DNA of 64,000 nt, taken from the NCBI GenBank assembly GCA_963745025.1, contig CAVUWD010000008.1, positions 128,001-192,000 on the forward strand, given 5' to 3'. The notes beneath the pieces were generated by a model. That model saw nothing but the letters and a program-made list of their open reading frames with translations. It was not told the origin of the DNA and searched no databases. Shown here piece by piece: positions 21,679 through 30,469 of this stretch. The translations under genes and the position numbers were made by a program. Numbering within the stretch: position 1 is the stretch's first letter; every line of letters starts with the position of its first letter. This stretch comes from an uncultured delta proteobacterium (lineage in GTDB: Bacteria; Desulfobacterota; Binatia; JACPRU01).

Positions 21679-21720
21679 TTCGTAGTCAGCAGGTCGACGG
21701 TTCGAATCCGGCGGGTGGCT
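21679..21720 (+). other. tRNA-Thr(CGT) 3'-half (att-site scar, not a full tRNA)
   Basis: ttcgtag anticodon-loop-like, T-arm ggttcgaatcc, acceptor strand gggtggct; no D-arm or 5' half. Confidence 0.75.
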
Positions 21721-21734
21721 CTGTTGGTTTCACT

Positions 21735-21811
21735 CGGAAGCTGAAGCAGGTCGTGGCCGATGTGACAGTGGACAAGCAGATCCTGAAGAAGGCGTTGGGA
21801 AAGAAGTGGTA
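21735..21811 (+). pseudogene. IS3-family OrfA C-terminal remnant
   Basis: RKLKQVVADVTVDKQILKKALGKKW*. Confidence 0.7.
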
Positions 21812-21971
21812 GGGCCAGCCCGAAGATGGCGTCCGTCGGACATCCGAGTTGGTAGTTCCTCCCAAGCCGGTTCGGTTGTCGATCACACCCAAAGGGGGCA
21901 CGATCTCCGTCACAAGGAGATCGCGCCATCGGACCCGCCACGATACGTAAGATCAGAATTCAGGAGAAAGT

Positions 21972-22277
21972 ATGGCCGGACCCGTGGATCAATGGGGCGA
22001 CATCGCCAACCGCTTTCTGTTTGAGAACGACCGCGTCAAAGTGTGGAGCCTCGACCTGGCTCCGGGCGAAGCCAGTGCCTGGCACTGCCACGATCGCGAC
22101 TATGTGATTGTCGTGCTCGAATCCGACGGCGGGTTAGTAGCCGAGGAGAAGGGCGGCGAAGACGTCAGCCGCGGCATGAAACCCGGCGACGTCGCCTTCC
22201 GGGAAAAAGGCGAGATCCACCGCGCGGTCAATAAAGGGAGGGAGCGGTATCGAAATATCCTGATTGAGTTGAAGTAG
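21972..22277 (+). CDS. Small cupin-domain protein
   Basis: LFENDRVKVWSLDLAPGE..WHCHDRDY..HRAVN..IELK; RBS aggag. Confidence 0.85.
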   Translation: MAGPVDQWGDIANRFLFENDRVKVWSLDLAPGEASAWHCHDRDYVIVVLESDGGLVAEEKGGEDVSRGMKPGDVAFREKGEIHRAVNKGRERYRNILIELK

Positions 22278-22320
22278 TCCTCTCTGATGGGCGGTGCTTG
22301 GCGGACGCTCATCCTTCGGA

Positions 22321-22362
22321 TTCGTAGTCGGCAGGTCACCGGTTCGATTCCGGCGGGTGGCT
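22321..22362 (+). other. Second tRNA-Thr(CGT) 3'-half scar
   Basis: ttcgtagtcggcaggtcaccggttcgattccggcgggtggct; followed by an arm-like repeat tgccaaacgtgtgcca. Confidence 0.75.
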
Positions 22363-22523
22363 TACGTTTTTTTGTTCGCGTATGCCAAACGTGTGCCATC
22401 CGACGCGAGTCGAACGCCGCTACAAGCAACGAGATCAGGGCAATCCACACGCCTTGGGATCGGATTGCCGGCGCGATACCATCAGTCGTAGAGCCTCAGA
22501 CGTGAATCGGAAGAGGCATTGCC

Positions 22524-23111
22524 ATGAACGGCCGGTTGCGGCTCCCTGCATTCTTGTTCTTCCTCGCCGCCTCGTGCGCGACGCCCCACCCCGCGCCGCC
22601 ACCGATCAGCCGGGGCCAGGTGATCGCCGTACTGCCGCCCAACAACCAGACCGGAAATCCGCTTTTCGTATCCGGCACCTCGTCCCTCGACCAGTCCGCC
22701 TTTGATGCCGAGCCCGTCACGGTCGGCGACCTGCTCGTGCGTGAAGCGCGCAGCCAGCTCGCGGGGCGTGGCTTCCGCGTGACGCCGGCAGAAACGGTGA
22801 ACGCGGCGGCCGAAGGACACGTGGCGCGCACCCCGCACGCGGCGGCGGAGATCGCCGCCCACGGTAAGCTCGATGGTCTGGCGCTCTACCTGGAGATCGA
22901 CCGGTGGGAGCCTGATGCCCCCGTTCACACCCAGCACGTCATCGTGGGCCTCTCGGCGAGCCTCGTCGACCCGCCAACCCGGAACGTCGTCTGGGAGTTC
23001 TATCGCCAGCCAGAGGCGGTTGCGACGCCAGGCGAGGTCACGCTCGAGGAGGTCTACGAGGCCGCAGCCCGGAAGGTCATCGCACAGGTCTTGGAGGGGT
23101 TTAGTCCGTAG
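22524..23111 (+). CDS. Lipoprotein (GNA1162/DUF799-like)
   Basis: LAASC lipobox, IAVLPPNNQT, ASLVDP..VVW. Confidence 0.65.
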   Translation: MNGRLRLPAFLFFLAASCATPHPAPPPISRGQVIAVLPPNNQTGNPLFVSGTSSLDQSAFDAEPVTVGDLLVREARSQLAGRGFRVTPAETVNAAAEGHVARTPHAAAEIAAHGKLDGLALYLEIDRWEPDAPVHTQHVIVGLSASLVDPPTRNVVWEFYRQPEAVATPGEVTLEEVYEAAARKVIAQVLEGFSP

Positions 23112-23146
23112 CGGCTATATGCGGCGGCCGAGGAGCGGTAGGCACC

Positions 23147-23172
23147 GGCGGCTCAACCGCAGGACGTTAAAC
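23147..23172 (+). other. Right half (L'-R') of an attC-like site
   Basis: gctcaac-N8-GTTAAAC (fits GTTRRRY), same spacing as the attC at 29774-29795; left half not seen. Confidence 0.4.
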
Positions 23173-23489
23173 GGTGGATGAAGCGAGGCGAGGCGTGAAC
23201 CCCTCTTCCCTGTGAACCCCTCTTCCCTTGCCTTCCGGCACGGGGCCTCCGTACGATCTTCGGTGGAGAACTCCGGTGTCGTCAGCTGATTCTGAGCGAA
23301 TCGCAGTTGGAGTAGCTGCTCTGCGCAGTCGCAACGGCAGGCGGGGCTCCATCGCGTGCGCGAGGCGCTTCGGCTTCGCCATCGGAGCCCGAAGATCAAG
23401 AAGGCCTACGCCGGCTGTGCACCCGGTGATTTCGAATGGATCCTATAAGGCTGGCGAGCCATCGCCTCGGGCCGATGGGCGAGCCGCGC

Positions 23490-23827
23490 GTGGCAGCCGC
23501 TGGTACGCTCTCGCCGTGGTCCTCGCCCTGCTGTTTGGCTGCGGCAAGTCGAGCACGCGCCCGACGGGCGGCACTGCGGCGGAACCCAAGCCGCAGGAAG
23601 AGACCAAGAGCACTGGCGCAATAAGCCCCGTCAACCGCGATCTGATGCGGGTCCAGCGCCGGCTGAAGGAGCTCGGCCACGATCCCGGCCCGATCGACGG
23701 CCGGTTAGGCCTACAGACGAAGGCTGCGCTGAAGGCCTTCCAAACGGACTACGGGCTGGCCGCGACGGGCGAGATCGACGCTGAGACGCGGGCGGCGCTC
23801 GGGCTCGGCAGGAAGGGACCGCCGTGA
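23490..23827 (+). CDS. Peptidoglycan-binding-domain lipoprotein (start uncertain)
   Basis: LLFGC; VQRRLKELGHDPGPIDGRLGLQTKAALKAFQ..TGEID. Confidence 0.8.
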
Positions 23828-24744
23828 GCATGCGCTGCGTTCGCTGCGCGATCGACCACCCTGACGACAAGCGATTATGTATGGCCTGCGGCGATCCGCT
23901 GGCCTCGACCGATGAAACGAGTCCGCCGTTTCCGCGCTGCTCCAACTGCGGCGATGCGGTCTCCGCCACCGACCATTTCTGTCCCGGATGCGGCACGCGC
24001 CACGGTGACGAGCCGCTAACCGCGCCCGCGGCTAGCGCACCTCCTACTCGAGAGTTCGTGCTTTGTCCCGCCTGCAGCGGGCACGCGTCCCTCACCGACC
24101 GGATCTGCGATCTTTGCGGCGCTGATCTGACGCGGGACCAGCCGCCCGGCGACTCCGAAGAGGCTCTGTTCGCGATTCTGCGGCGCCGGGACGAGAAACG
24201 CCGTGAGCTACGCCGTGCGAACAGGTTCGGGGTGGTCTCGGCGCTCGTCCTGGCGCTGCTTCTCGCCCTCGGTGTCAACGTGTACCGCTCGCGCGGCGGG
24301 CGCGTCGCGGTGGCTCCAGTGCCTTCCGCCACTTCGCAGCTAGCGATCGGCCAGGTCGCCACGGCGGACGACATCGGCATCAAGATCGCCGGCGCGGGAG
24401 CAGCCGACCCGGGGCGGTCCGAGGCGGTGATCAGGCACACCGTCGAGCAGCATTTCGCCGAGCTGCAGCAGAGCTATCTCAGCGCACTGGAGACCGATTC
24501 CAACGCCGAGGGCGTGGTGACGCTGCACATGACGGTCGCCGCCGACGGCACGGTCGCGTACGTGCGCTCGACTCCTCTCGGGCTCGCCGACCGCGGGTTC
24601 GTCACAATCGTCGAGCGGCAGGCTGCGGCCTGGCGCTTCGTTCCTTTCCGGGTGGGGCTGGTGAGCGTGCACTATCCGCTGGTCTTCCACCTAGGGAAGA
24701 CCGACCCGCACGAGCTCGTCCTCCGCCTGCGAGAGTCGAGTTGA
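23824..24744 (+). CDS. Zinc-ribbon + TM + TonB-C/AgmX-like domain protein
   Basis: Six CxxC motifs, one TM helix, C-terminal GVVTLHMTVAADG...WRF..YPLVF. Confidence 0.7.
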   Translation: MSMRCVRCAIDHPDDKRLCMACGDPLASTDETSPPFPRCSNCGDAVSATDHFCPGCGTRHGDEPLTAPAASAPPTREFVLCPACSGHASLTDRICDLCGADLTRDQPPGDSEEALFAILRRRDEKRRELRRANRFGVVSALVLALLLALGVNVYRSRGGRVAVAPVPSATSQLAIGQVATADDIGIKIAGAGAADPGRSEAVIRHTVEQHFAELQQSYLSALETDSNAEGVVTLHMTVAADGTVAYVRSTPLGLADRGFVTIVERQAAAWRFVPFRVGLVSVHYPLVFHLGKTDPHELVLRLRESS

Positions 24745-24950
24745 CCCGTGGCGGGGGCTGAGCGGCAGGCGGGATCTCCCCGGCGGTTTCGGGGTCAGAA
24801 CCATGTCTCGGTCGAAGACTCCGATGATCGTCGCCTTCGCCTTCGGCACGGCCCTTTTCACGGCGCGGCGTAGATCGTGTTAATAGCTGCGCAGCTAGTC
24901 GGGCCGGATCGTCGAGAGGCGGCTACCGAAGGCGAGTCCGAGTGAGCGTC

Positions 24951-25511
24951 CTACGCTCTTGGCGCTGCGGAGGCGGCCACCTCGAGCGACGGCACAAGCA
25001 GGTCCTCGAGAAAGAATGCGGCCAGCTCCGCCCGACCGGCGAGCCCCGCTTTCGCGTACACCGCGAGCGCCTGCTGCCGGACGGTGCGCTCGCCCGCACC
25101 GCGCACGGCGGCAACCTCCTTGAAAGTCAACCCCTTCAGCAAGAGGAACGCGACCTCCTTCTCCGCCGGGGTCAGCTGCCATTCATCGAGCTGGCGATCG
25201 ATCGCAGCCGAGAGTCCGCGGAGCACGTCGGCATGTCGCGCCCGCCAATGCTCGGCTTCCGCTCTCGCCCGCTCGATCGAGCCGCCGGCTTCGGACAGTC
25301 GCGTCCGCACCTGGAGGTAGCGGATCCAGAGACGCGCGACTCCGAGTGCCGCGAGGGCGGCGACCGCGAGCTCGATCGCCAGGTGCAGCGGCGAGCCGCC
25401 GCTCTCCCAGTCGCCGGCCGCATCCGCGAACATGAGCAGCGCCACCGCCGCGAGGATCACGGTCACGACCAGCCGGCTGCTGAGCGAGAACCGTTCCCCG
25501 TCGTCCGTCAT
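24951..25511 (-). CDS. Membrane-anchored LuxR-family regulator
   Basis: Two TM helices, then LTPAEKEVAFLLLKGL..KEVA..TVRQQ..VYAKAG. Confidence 0.88.
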   Translation of the reverse strand: MTDDGERFSLSSRLVVTVILAAVALLMFADAAGDWESGGSPLHLAIELAVAALAALGVARLWIRYLQVRTRLSEAGGSIERARAEAEHWRARHADVLRGLSAAIDRQLDEWQLTPAEKEVAFLLLKGLTFKEVAAVRGAGERTVRQQALAVYAKAGLAGRAELAAFFLEDLLVPSLEVAASAAPRA

Positions 25512-25608
25512 CCGCCCGATGTCTCCGCGAATCGGCCCTTGTACGTCACTTGACGGATGGATCGTGTGCCCACCCGGCCGCATAATCCGCGGCAAGGAGG
25601 ATTACCCT

Positions 25609-26151
25609 ATGCTCAGCATCTCACCCGCGCAAGTTCACCTTGCCCTCAATCACCTGCCGGTCGTCGGCGCCTTGCTCGCCTCGGCCGTGCTCGCGCTCGC
25701 GGCGCTCGTCAGACACGCGCCGCTGCGCCACTTCGGGCTCGGTTTGCTCGTGTTCGCGATGGTCGCCGCGCTGCCCGTGTACTTCAGCGGCGAGCCGGCG
25801 GAAAAACGCATCGAGCACCTACCGGCCGTCTCGGAGCAGACGATCGAGCATCACGAGGACGCCGCGCTCACGGCGCTCATCGCGATTCTCGTGGGTGGCT
25901 CGATCGCCGGTGCGGCGCTGCTCGCGGCCGGTATGCGGCGAGACAAGGCGGCGCAGGCGCTCTTCGCGCTCGCCCTCGTCTCGTCCGTCACCGCGACGGC
26001 GCTGCTCGCCCGCGCAGCCCACCTCGGAGGGCAGATCCGTCACGACGAGCTCCGCGCGCCGACTGACGCGGGCGCACGCCTCGAGTCCGGGCACGGAAGC
26101 TCGCGAACGCCGGCCAGCGCGGCGCGCACTGACGACGACGATGACGATTGA
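25609..26151 (+). CDS. 4-TM membrane protein (DUF2231-like)
   Basis: HLALNHLP, SGEPAE, IEHHEDAA, AHLGGQIRH; RBS aaggagg. Confidence 0.75.
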   Translation: MLSISPAQVHLALNHLPVVGALLASAVLALAALVRHAPLRHFGLGLLVFAMVAALPVYFSGEPAEKRIEHLPAVSEQTIEHHEDAALTALIAILVGGSIAGAALLAAGMRRDKAAQALFALALVSSVTATALLARAAHLGGQIRHDELRAPTDAGARLESGHGSSRTPASAARTDDDDDD

Positions 26152-26159
26152 AGGCGATC

Positions 26160-26315
26160 AGGATGCTGCGGGGCCGGTCCCTACTTCCAGGCTTCATCGA
26201 CGCTCACTGCCAGATCGCGTTTCTCGGAACCTTCCTTGGGGGCATCAACTGCAATACGCCCGGCATGGAGTCTGTCGAGAGGATCGTGGCTGCAATCCGA
26301 GATCGAGCCGTTGAT
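26160..26315 (+). pseudogene. Amidohydrolase shard
   Basis: LRGRSLLPGFIDAHC. Confidence 0.55.
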
Positions 26316-26348
26316 CCCTCTGACGGCGAAGCCTAAAGTTCGCCTGTC

Positions 26349-26520
26349 ATGTACGAGCGAATCCTCCGGCGGATGCGCCAGAAGGTCCGCGCCGCCCTGG
26401 ACTACGTGGTAACGACGCACGCGGAAGAAGAGATGAAACGACGACGATCTCACCATTCTCGATATCGAGCACGCGATCTTGAGTGGTAAGATTCTTGAGC
26501 GGCAACGCGATGCCGAGATC
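26349..26520 (+). pseudogene. DUF4258 toxin-like fragment, frameshifted and truncated
   Basis: MYERILRRMRQKV..YVVTTHAEEEM..DLTILDIEHAILSGKILERQRD across frames. Confidence 0.6.
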
Positions 26521-26804
26521 CCGGGTCGTTGATATGGCGGGTCCTGTCAATTGCTGGCAGTAATCCCGCCTCACGGATCCGTGAGTTTCTATGGTCGTCG
26601 AGACGCGCTTTTCGGCGGCGCCGTGTTCTAGCGACGATTGATCCTGCTGCCATGGACCTGCCTCCTTGCATTGTGGCTCTGTGCTCGAGAGCCGGTTCAC
26701 ACAACCGCGAGCATAACCCACGGCCTGCAGGAGGCAGTCCTCTTTAGCTCTCAACCATCCTGTCTAGGCCGCTTCGACCCCGTCCACTTTTCTTTGCTAC
26801 CACC

Positions 26805-28013
26805 GTGCACCACGAAACCACACTGATCGCCACCATCGCTGTTAGTCTAGCCTTTGCCCTCGCCGGAGGCTTCATCGCTATCCGGCTGCGCCTGCCGTCT
26901 CTCGTCGGCTACTTACTGGCTGGCGTTGCTGTTGGGCCGTTCACTCCAGGGTTTGTCGCCGACGCGAAGCTTGCGCCACAACTGGCTGAGATCGGGGTCG
27001 TACTACTCATGTTTGGTGTCGGGATGCACATCTCGGTGCGCGACCTTTTGGCGGTTCGCGCGATAGCGGTGCCCGGTGCGGTTGTTCAGATCGCGGCAGC
27101 GACGGCGCTTGGTGTCGGTGTCGCTTTGCTGTGGGGCTGGTCGTTGGGCGCCGGTCTTGTCTTTGGGCTGTCCCTCTCGGTGGCCAGCACGGTCGTGCTC
27201 CTCCGTGCGCTCGGGGCATGGGGCATCCTGGACTCGAGCAATGGCCGCGTGGCGGTCGGCTGGCTCGTCGTCGAAGACCTCGTGATGGTTCTTACACTCG
27301 TGTTGCTCCCAGCGTTAGCAGGGTCGCTTGGCGGACAGCCGTCCAGCCACGCCAACGTTGGCACCGCATCACAGAATCTGTTGGCTATAGTAGCTCTGAC
27401 CTTTGGCAAGGTGGCGGCGTTTATCGTCCTGATGCTGCTGGTTGGCACGCGCGTCTTTCCGTGGTTGCTCGAGCGGATCGAGGAGACTGGGTCGCGAGAG
27501 CTGTTCACACTCGCCGTGGTTGCTCTCGCTTTGGGCGTCGCCTTCGGCTCGGCGGAGCTCTTCGGGGTATCGTTTGCTCTCGGAGCTTTCTTTGCCGGCG
27601 TGGTTATCAACGAGTCTGATTTGAGCCACCGCGCGGCAACCGATTTGCGGCCTTTGGAGGACGCCTTCGCCGTCCTCTTCTTCGTGGCGGTCGGTATGCT
27701 CTTCGACCCAAGCATCCTGCTGCGTCAGCCCCTTCAAGTTGTTACGGTCGTCGCAATCATTGTTCTCGGCAAGTCAGTAGCCGCTGGGGCCATCGTGTTG
27801 GCGTTCCGGTACCCTCTCGATGCGGCGCTGACGGTTTCCGCGGCGCTGGCGCAGATCGGCGAGTTCTCTTTTATCCTCGCTGCGCTGGGCGTCAGCCTCG
27901 GGCTCCTGCCAGCGGAGGCGCACAACCTGATCGTGGCGGGTGCGCTCGTCTCGATCACCGTTAATCCGCTTCTCTTTTCCGCAATCGCCAACGTGTACCC
28001 CGGGAAGCGGCCT
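26805..28013 (+). CDS. CPA2 cation:proton antiporter (Kef/YbaL-like) on a gene cassette; native 3' end displaced by IS110
   Basis: LVGYLLAGVAVGPFTPG, LAEIGVVLLMFGVG, LSVASTVV, WLVVEDL, LAQIGEFSFILA; no TrkA-N domain. Confidence 0.9.
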
Positions 28014-28038
28014 CCTAAGAAACAACGACAGTAGGGGT

Positions 28039-29436
28039 TTATAATTGCACGAGTTGGAAGCCGAGAGAGGCGGCGCGCTTGGAGAGAGAGCGGACGGTGC
28101 GCTCGCGGAATTTGAGTTCGTAGTAATCGATGCCGAGATCTTTGTAGGGTTGGCGGTGCTTCCACATTCGGTAGAAGATGCGCGAGAGCTTGTGGGCGGT
28201 GGCGGTGATGGCCTTGGGGGGCCCGAGTCGGGCGCGCATGCGGCGATGAAAGGCACCCAGAGCGGTGTGGCTGTTGCCGGCAGACTGAGCGGCTCGGCGT
28301 AAGGCAGTGGCCACACGGTTGGAGGCTTTTCGGGTCTTGGAGCTTTTCACTTCTCCTCCGGTGACACGGTTGTCGGGGCACAGCGCAAGCCAGGAGGCGA
28401 AGTGCTTCTCGGAGGGAAACTTCGAGGGATCGAGGCCGACCTCGGAAAGGATGGTCTGCACGGTGAGGGCATCGAACCCCGTGATGGCGGTGAAGTCGAC
28501 GCCTGAGATTCGATAGAGGTGGGTGCGCAGGTCGAAGCCAGCCTCGTTGCGCTGGGGCTTGCGGTGGGTGGCCTTGGGTTGTCCCAGGGGCGTGAGAGCA
28601 GGGTCGACTTGGGTGTCGAAGCCGCCCAGGCATTGCTCGATCCGCAGGTCGCAGTCGGCAATCATGCTGCGGTAGGTGTCATAGAGCGAGAGGCATTGCT
28701 CAAGTGCGAAGAGGTGCTCGGGTCGGTAGTCGCCCTGGAGGGATTGGGCGATGCGCTCGGAGGTGCTCTTGATGCGATGATCGCGCATCGCGGCCAGAAG
28801 CTGTGGATCTCGCTCACCGGCGAGGATGGAGCGAATGATTCTCATGCCGCTGACGCCGGTGATGTCACTGATGACCTTGTGAAGCTGGATGTTCATCTGG
28901 GTCAGGGCCTTCTGCATGCGCTGCACGTGAGCGGCCGCGTCGCGGATGAGAGTATCGCGCTGGCGGATGTAGCTGCGCAGCACGCAGGTCTGATCGTCGG
29001 GACGAAACGATCCCGAGAGTAGACCAAAGGTGTGCAGCTGCTGGAGCCACTGGCAGTCCTGGATGTCGCTCTTTCTGCCGGGCAGGTTTTTGACGTGGCG
29101 GGCGTTGACGAGCTTGACCTCGAAGCCGCGCGTCTCGAGGATCTGAAAGAGCGGGATCCAGTAGACTCCGGTGGATTCCATGACCACGGTGTCGACTCCG
29201 CACTGCTCGAGCCAGTCAGCCAGACGGTGCAAATCGGCGGTGAAGCACTCGAAGCGGCGCACGGGCTGCGGATCGCGGTCCTCGGGAACCGCCACGTAGT
29301 GCTCGGCGGATCCGACATCGATGCCGGCGGCGTTGAGGTGCACAGCCTTGAGGCTCGCGGGCAACCCCGTTCCTCGCGCGACGCTCTTTCTCTTTCGGCC
29401 TGCGCCGGGTTTGATAGACTCCTTCATCGAGTACAC
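28039..29436 (-). CDS. IS110-family (DEDD) transposase/recombinase
   Basis: GIDVG, MESTGVYW, KSDIQD, FASWLALCP..TGG, AITATAHKL. Confidence 0.95.
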   Translation of the reverse strand: MYSMKESIKPGAGRKRKSVARGTGLPASLKAVHLNAAGIDVGSAEHYVAVPEDRDPQPVRRFECFTADLHRLADWLEQCGVDTVVMESTGVYWIPLFQILETRGFEVKLVNARHVKNLPGRKSDIQDCQWLQQLHTFGLLSGSFRPDDQTCVLRSYIRQRDTLIRDAAAHVQRMQKALTQMNIQLHKVISDITGVSGMRIIRSILAGERDPQLLAAMRDHRIKSTSERIAQSLQGDYRPEHLFALEQCLSLYDTYRSMIADCDLRIEQCLGGFDTQVDPALTPLGQPKATHRKPQRNEAGFDLRTHLYRISGVDFTAITGFDALTVQTILSEVGLDPSKFPSEKHFASWLALCPDNRVTGGEVKSSKTRKASNRVATALRRAAQSAGNSHTALGAFHRRMRARLGPPKAITATAHKLSRIFYRMWKHRQPYKDLGIDYYELKFRERTVRSLSKRAASLGFQLVQL

Positions 29437-29448
29437 CTCCTTGGAGTT

Positions 29449-29620
29449 GGGATGTGCTCGGGCCGGGTGGGTCGAAGGTGAGAAATCTCCTAAACGGGAT
29501 AACCCTCCGTGCGAGGGAGGGCTTCACCAATGAAACAACCGCAAGCCCCCCGGAACCATGCTAACCCACGGGCGCGAAGGCACCATTGGCGCTACGGTCT
29601 TAGCTACCCGAGCACATCCC
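29449..29620 (-). ncRNA. Putative IS110 bridge RNA
   Basis: Closed by a perfect 14-bp IR (29449-62 / 29607-20); internal short matches to donor and target junctions. Confidence 0.55.
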
Positions 29621-29702
29621 GGTGTACTCGACGCACACCGGCGCAGCAAAGACACTCAGGTTTCTTCCATCAACAACACCGCGCCTCGCGCGGGGTCAAA
29701 TG

Positions 29703-29795
29703 CTAACACGGCGTTGGAACGGCCCCGCGCATGAACGGCGAGTCATCAAGGCGAGCCGCGGTGGGCGCGAGCCGCTCAACCTTCGGTCGTTGATA
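29703..29795 (+). other. attC recombination site (R'' box split by IS110)
   Basis: (GC)CTAAC-acggc-gttggaacggc...gccgctcaac-N8-GTT; L''/L' pair with one extra G and one mismatch. Confidence 0.75.
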
Positions 29796-30010
29796 TGGCT
29801 GACCCGACACACCCCTCTGGAGGTACCGTGGACGAGATCGAACTAGCCCAAGAACTTGCTACAGAGCTGGGTTGGAGTATCCAGGCCACCTATCCTGGGC
29901 TTCGAGCGGTCCACGCCCTCGGACGCGCCATCGACGCCGCACGCACGATCCACCTCCGCCCCGCCGGCCTGGTCGGCCGTCAGGGGCGGTTCACGCCTGC
30001 CTGACCGGGC

Positions 30011-30460
30011 TCAGGACTCGATCAGCTCGATCCGCACCTTCGCCACGCCGCGACGGACCATACCGAGGACGCGGGCCGCGCCGTAGGACAGGTCGATCGC
30101 GCGGCGGTAACGGTACGGCCCCCGGTCGTTGATCGTCACCAGGACCGAGCGGCCGTTGCGCAGGTTCGTCACCCGCACCTTGCTGCCGAGGGGCAGGGTC
30201 GGGTGGGCGCCGGTCAGGTCCTGCGGGTCGAACTCCTCGCCACTGGCGGTACGCCGGCGCGCGAACTCCTGACCGTACCAGGATGCCTGTCCGATCTGGG
30301 CCCCGTCCGTCGGCAGCTCATCCGCACGAGCAGGCGGGGCGAACGCCAGCAGGGTGACGAACGCAACCCAGGCGCAAACGCACCGTAACGCGAGCCGCTG
30401 GCCGGCATCGAAGTAGGGACCGGAGTTTGCTCCGAGGCCCCCGGACGAGGCAGTTTGCAT
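30011..30460 (-). CDS. rlpA: Septal ring lytic transglycosylase RlpA family (DPBB)
   Basis: GQASWYG..RTASGE, AHPTLPLGS, INDRGP, IDLS. Confidence 0.92.
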   Translation of the reverse strand: MQTASSGGLGANSGPYFDAGQRLALRCVCAWVAFVTLLAFAPPARADELPTDGAQIGQASWYGQEFARRRTASGEEFDPQDLTGAHPTLPLGSKVRVTNLRNGRSVLVTINDRGPYRYRRAIDLSYGAARVLGMVRRGVAKVRIELIES

Positions 30461-30469
30461 CGTTGGGCT

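Larger units (their letters stand above)
28012..29704 (-). mobile_element. IS110-family element with CT core at both ends
   Basis: Junctions gcggc-CT-cctaag (28012-13) and caaatg-CT-aacac (29703-04); ~270-bp non-coding region 5' of the gene. Confidence 0.85.

Noticed and set aside
21679-22362. Functional tRNA genes
   Set aside because: No 5' acceptor strand or D-arm; only 3' halves are present.
26711-26770. Complete attC starting at GCATAAC
   Set aside because: L boxes do not pair convincingly; only the 3' taggccgcttc is used as cassette-boundary evidence.
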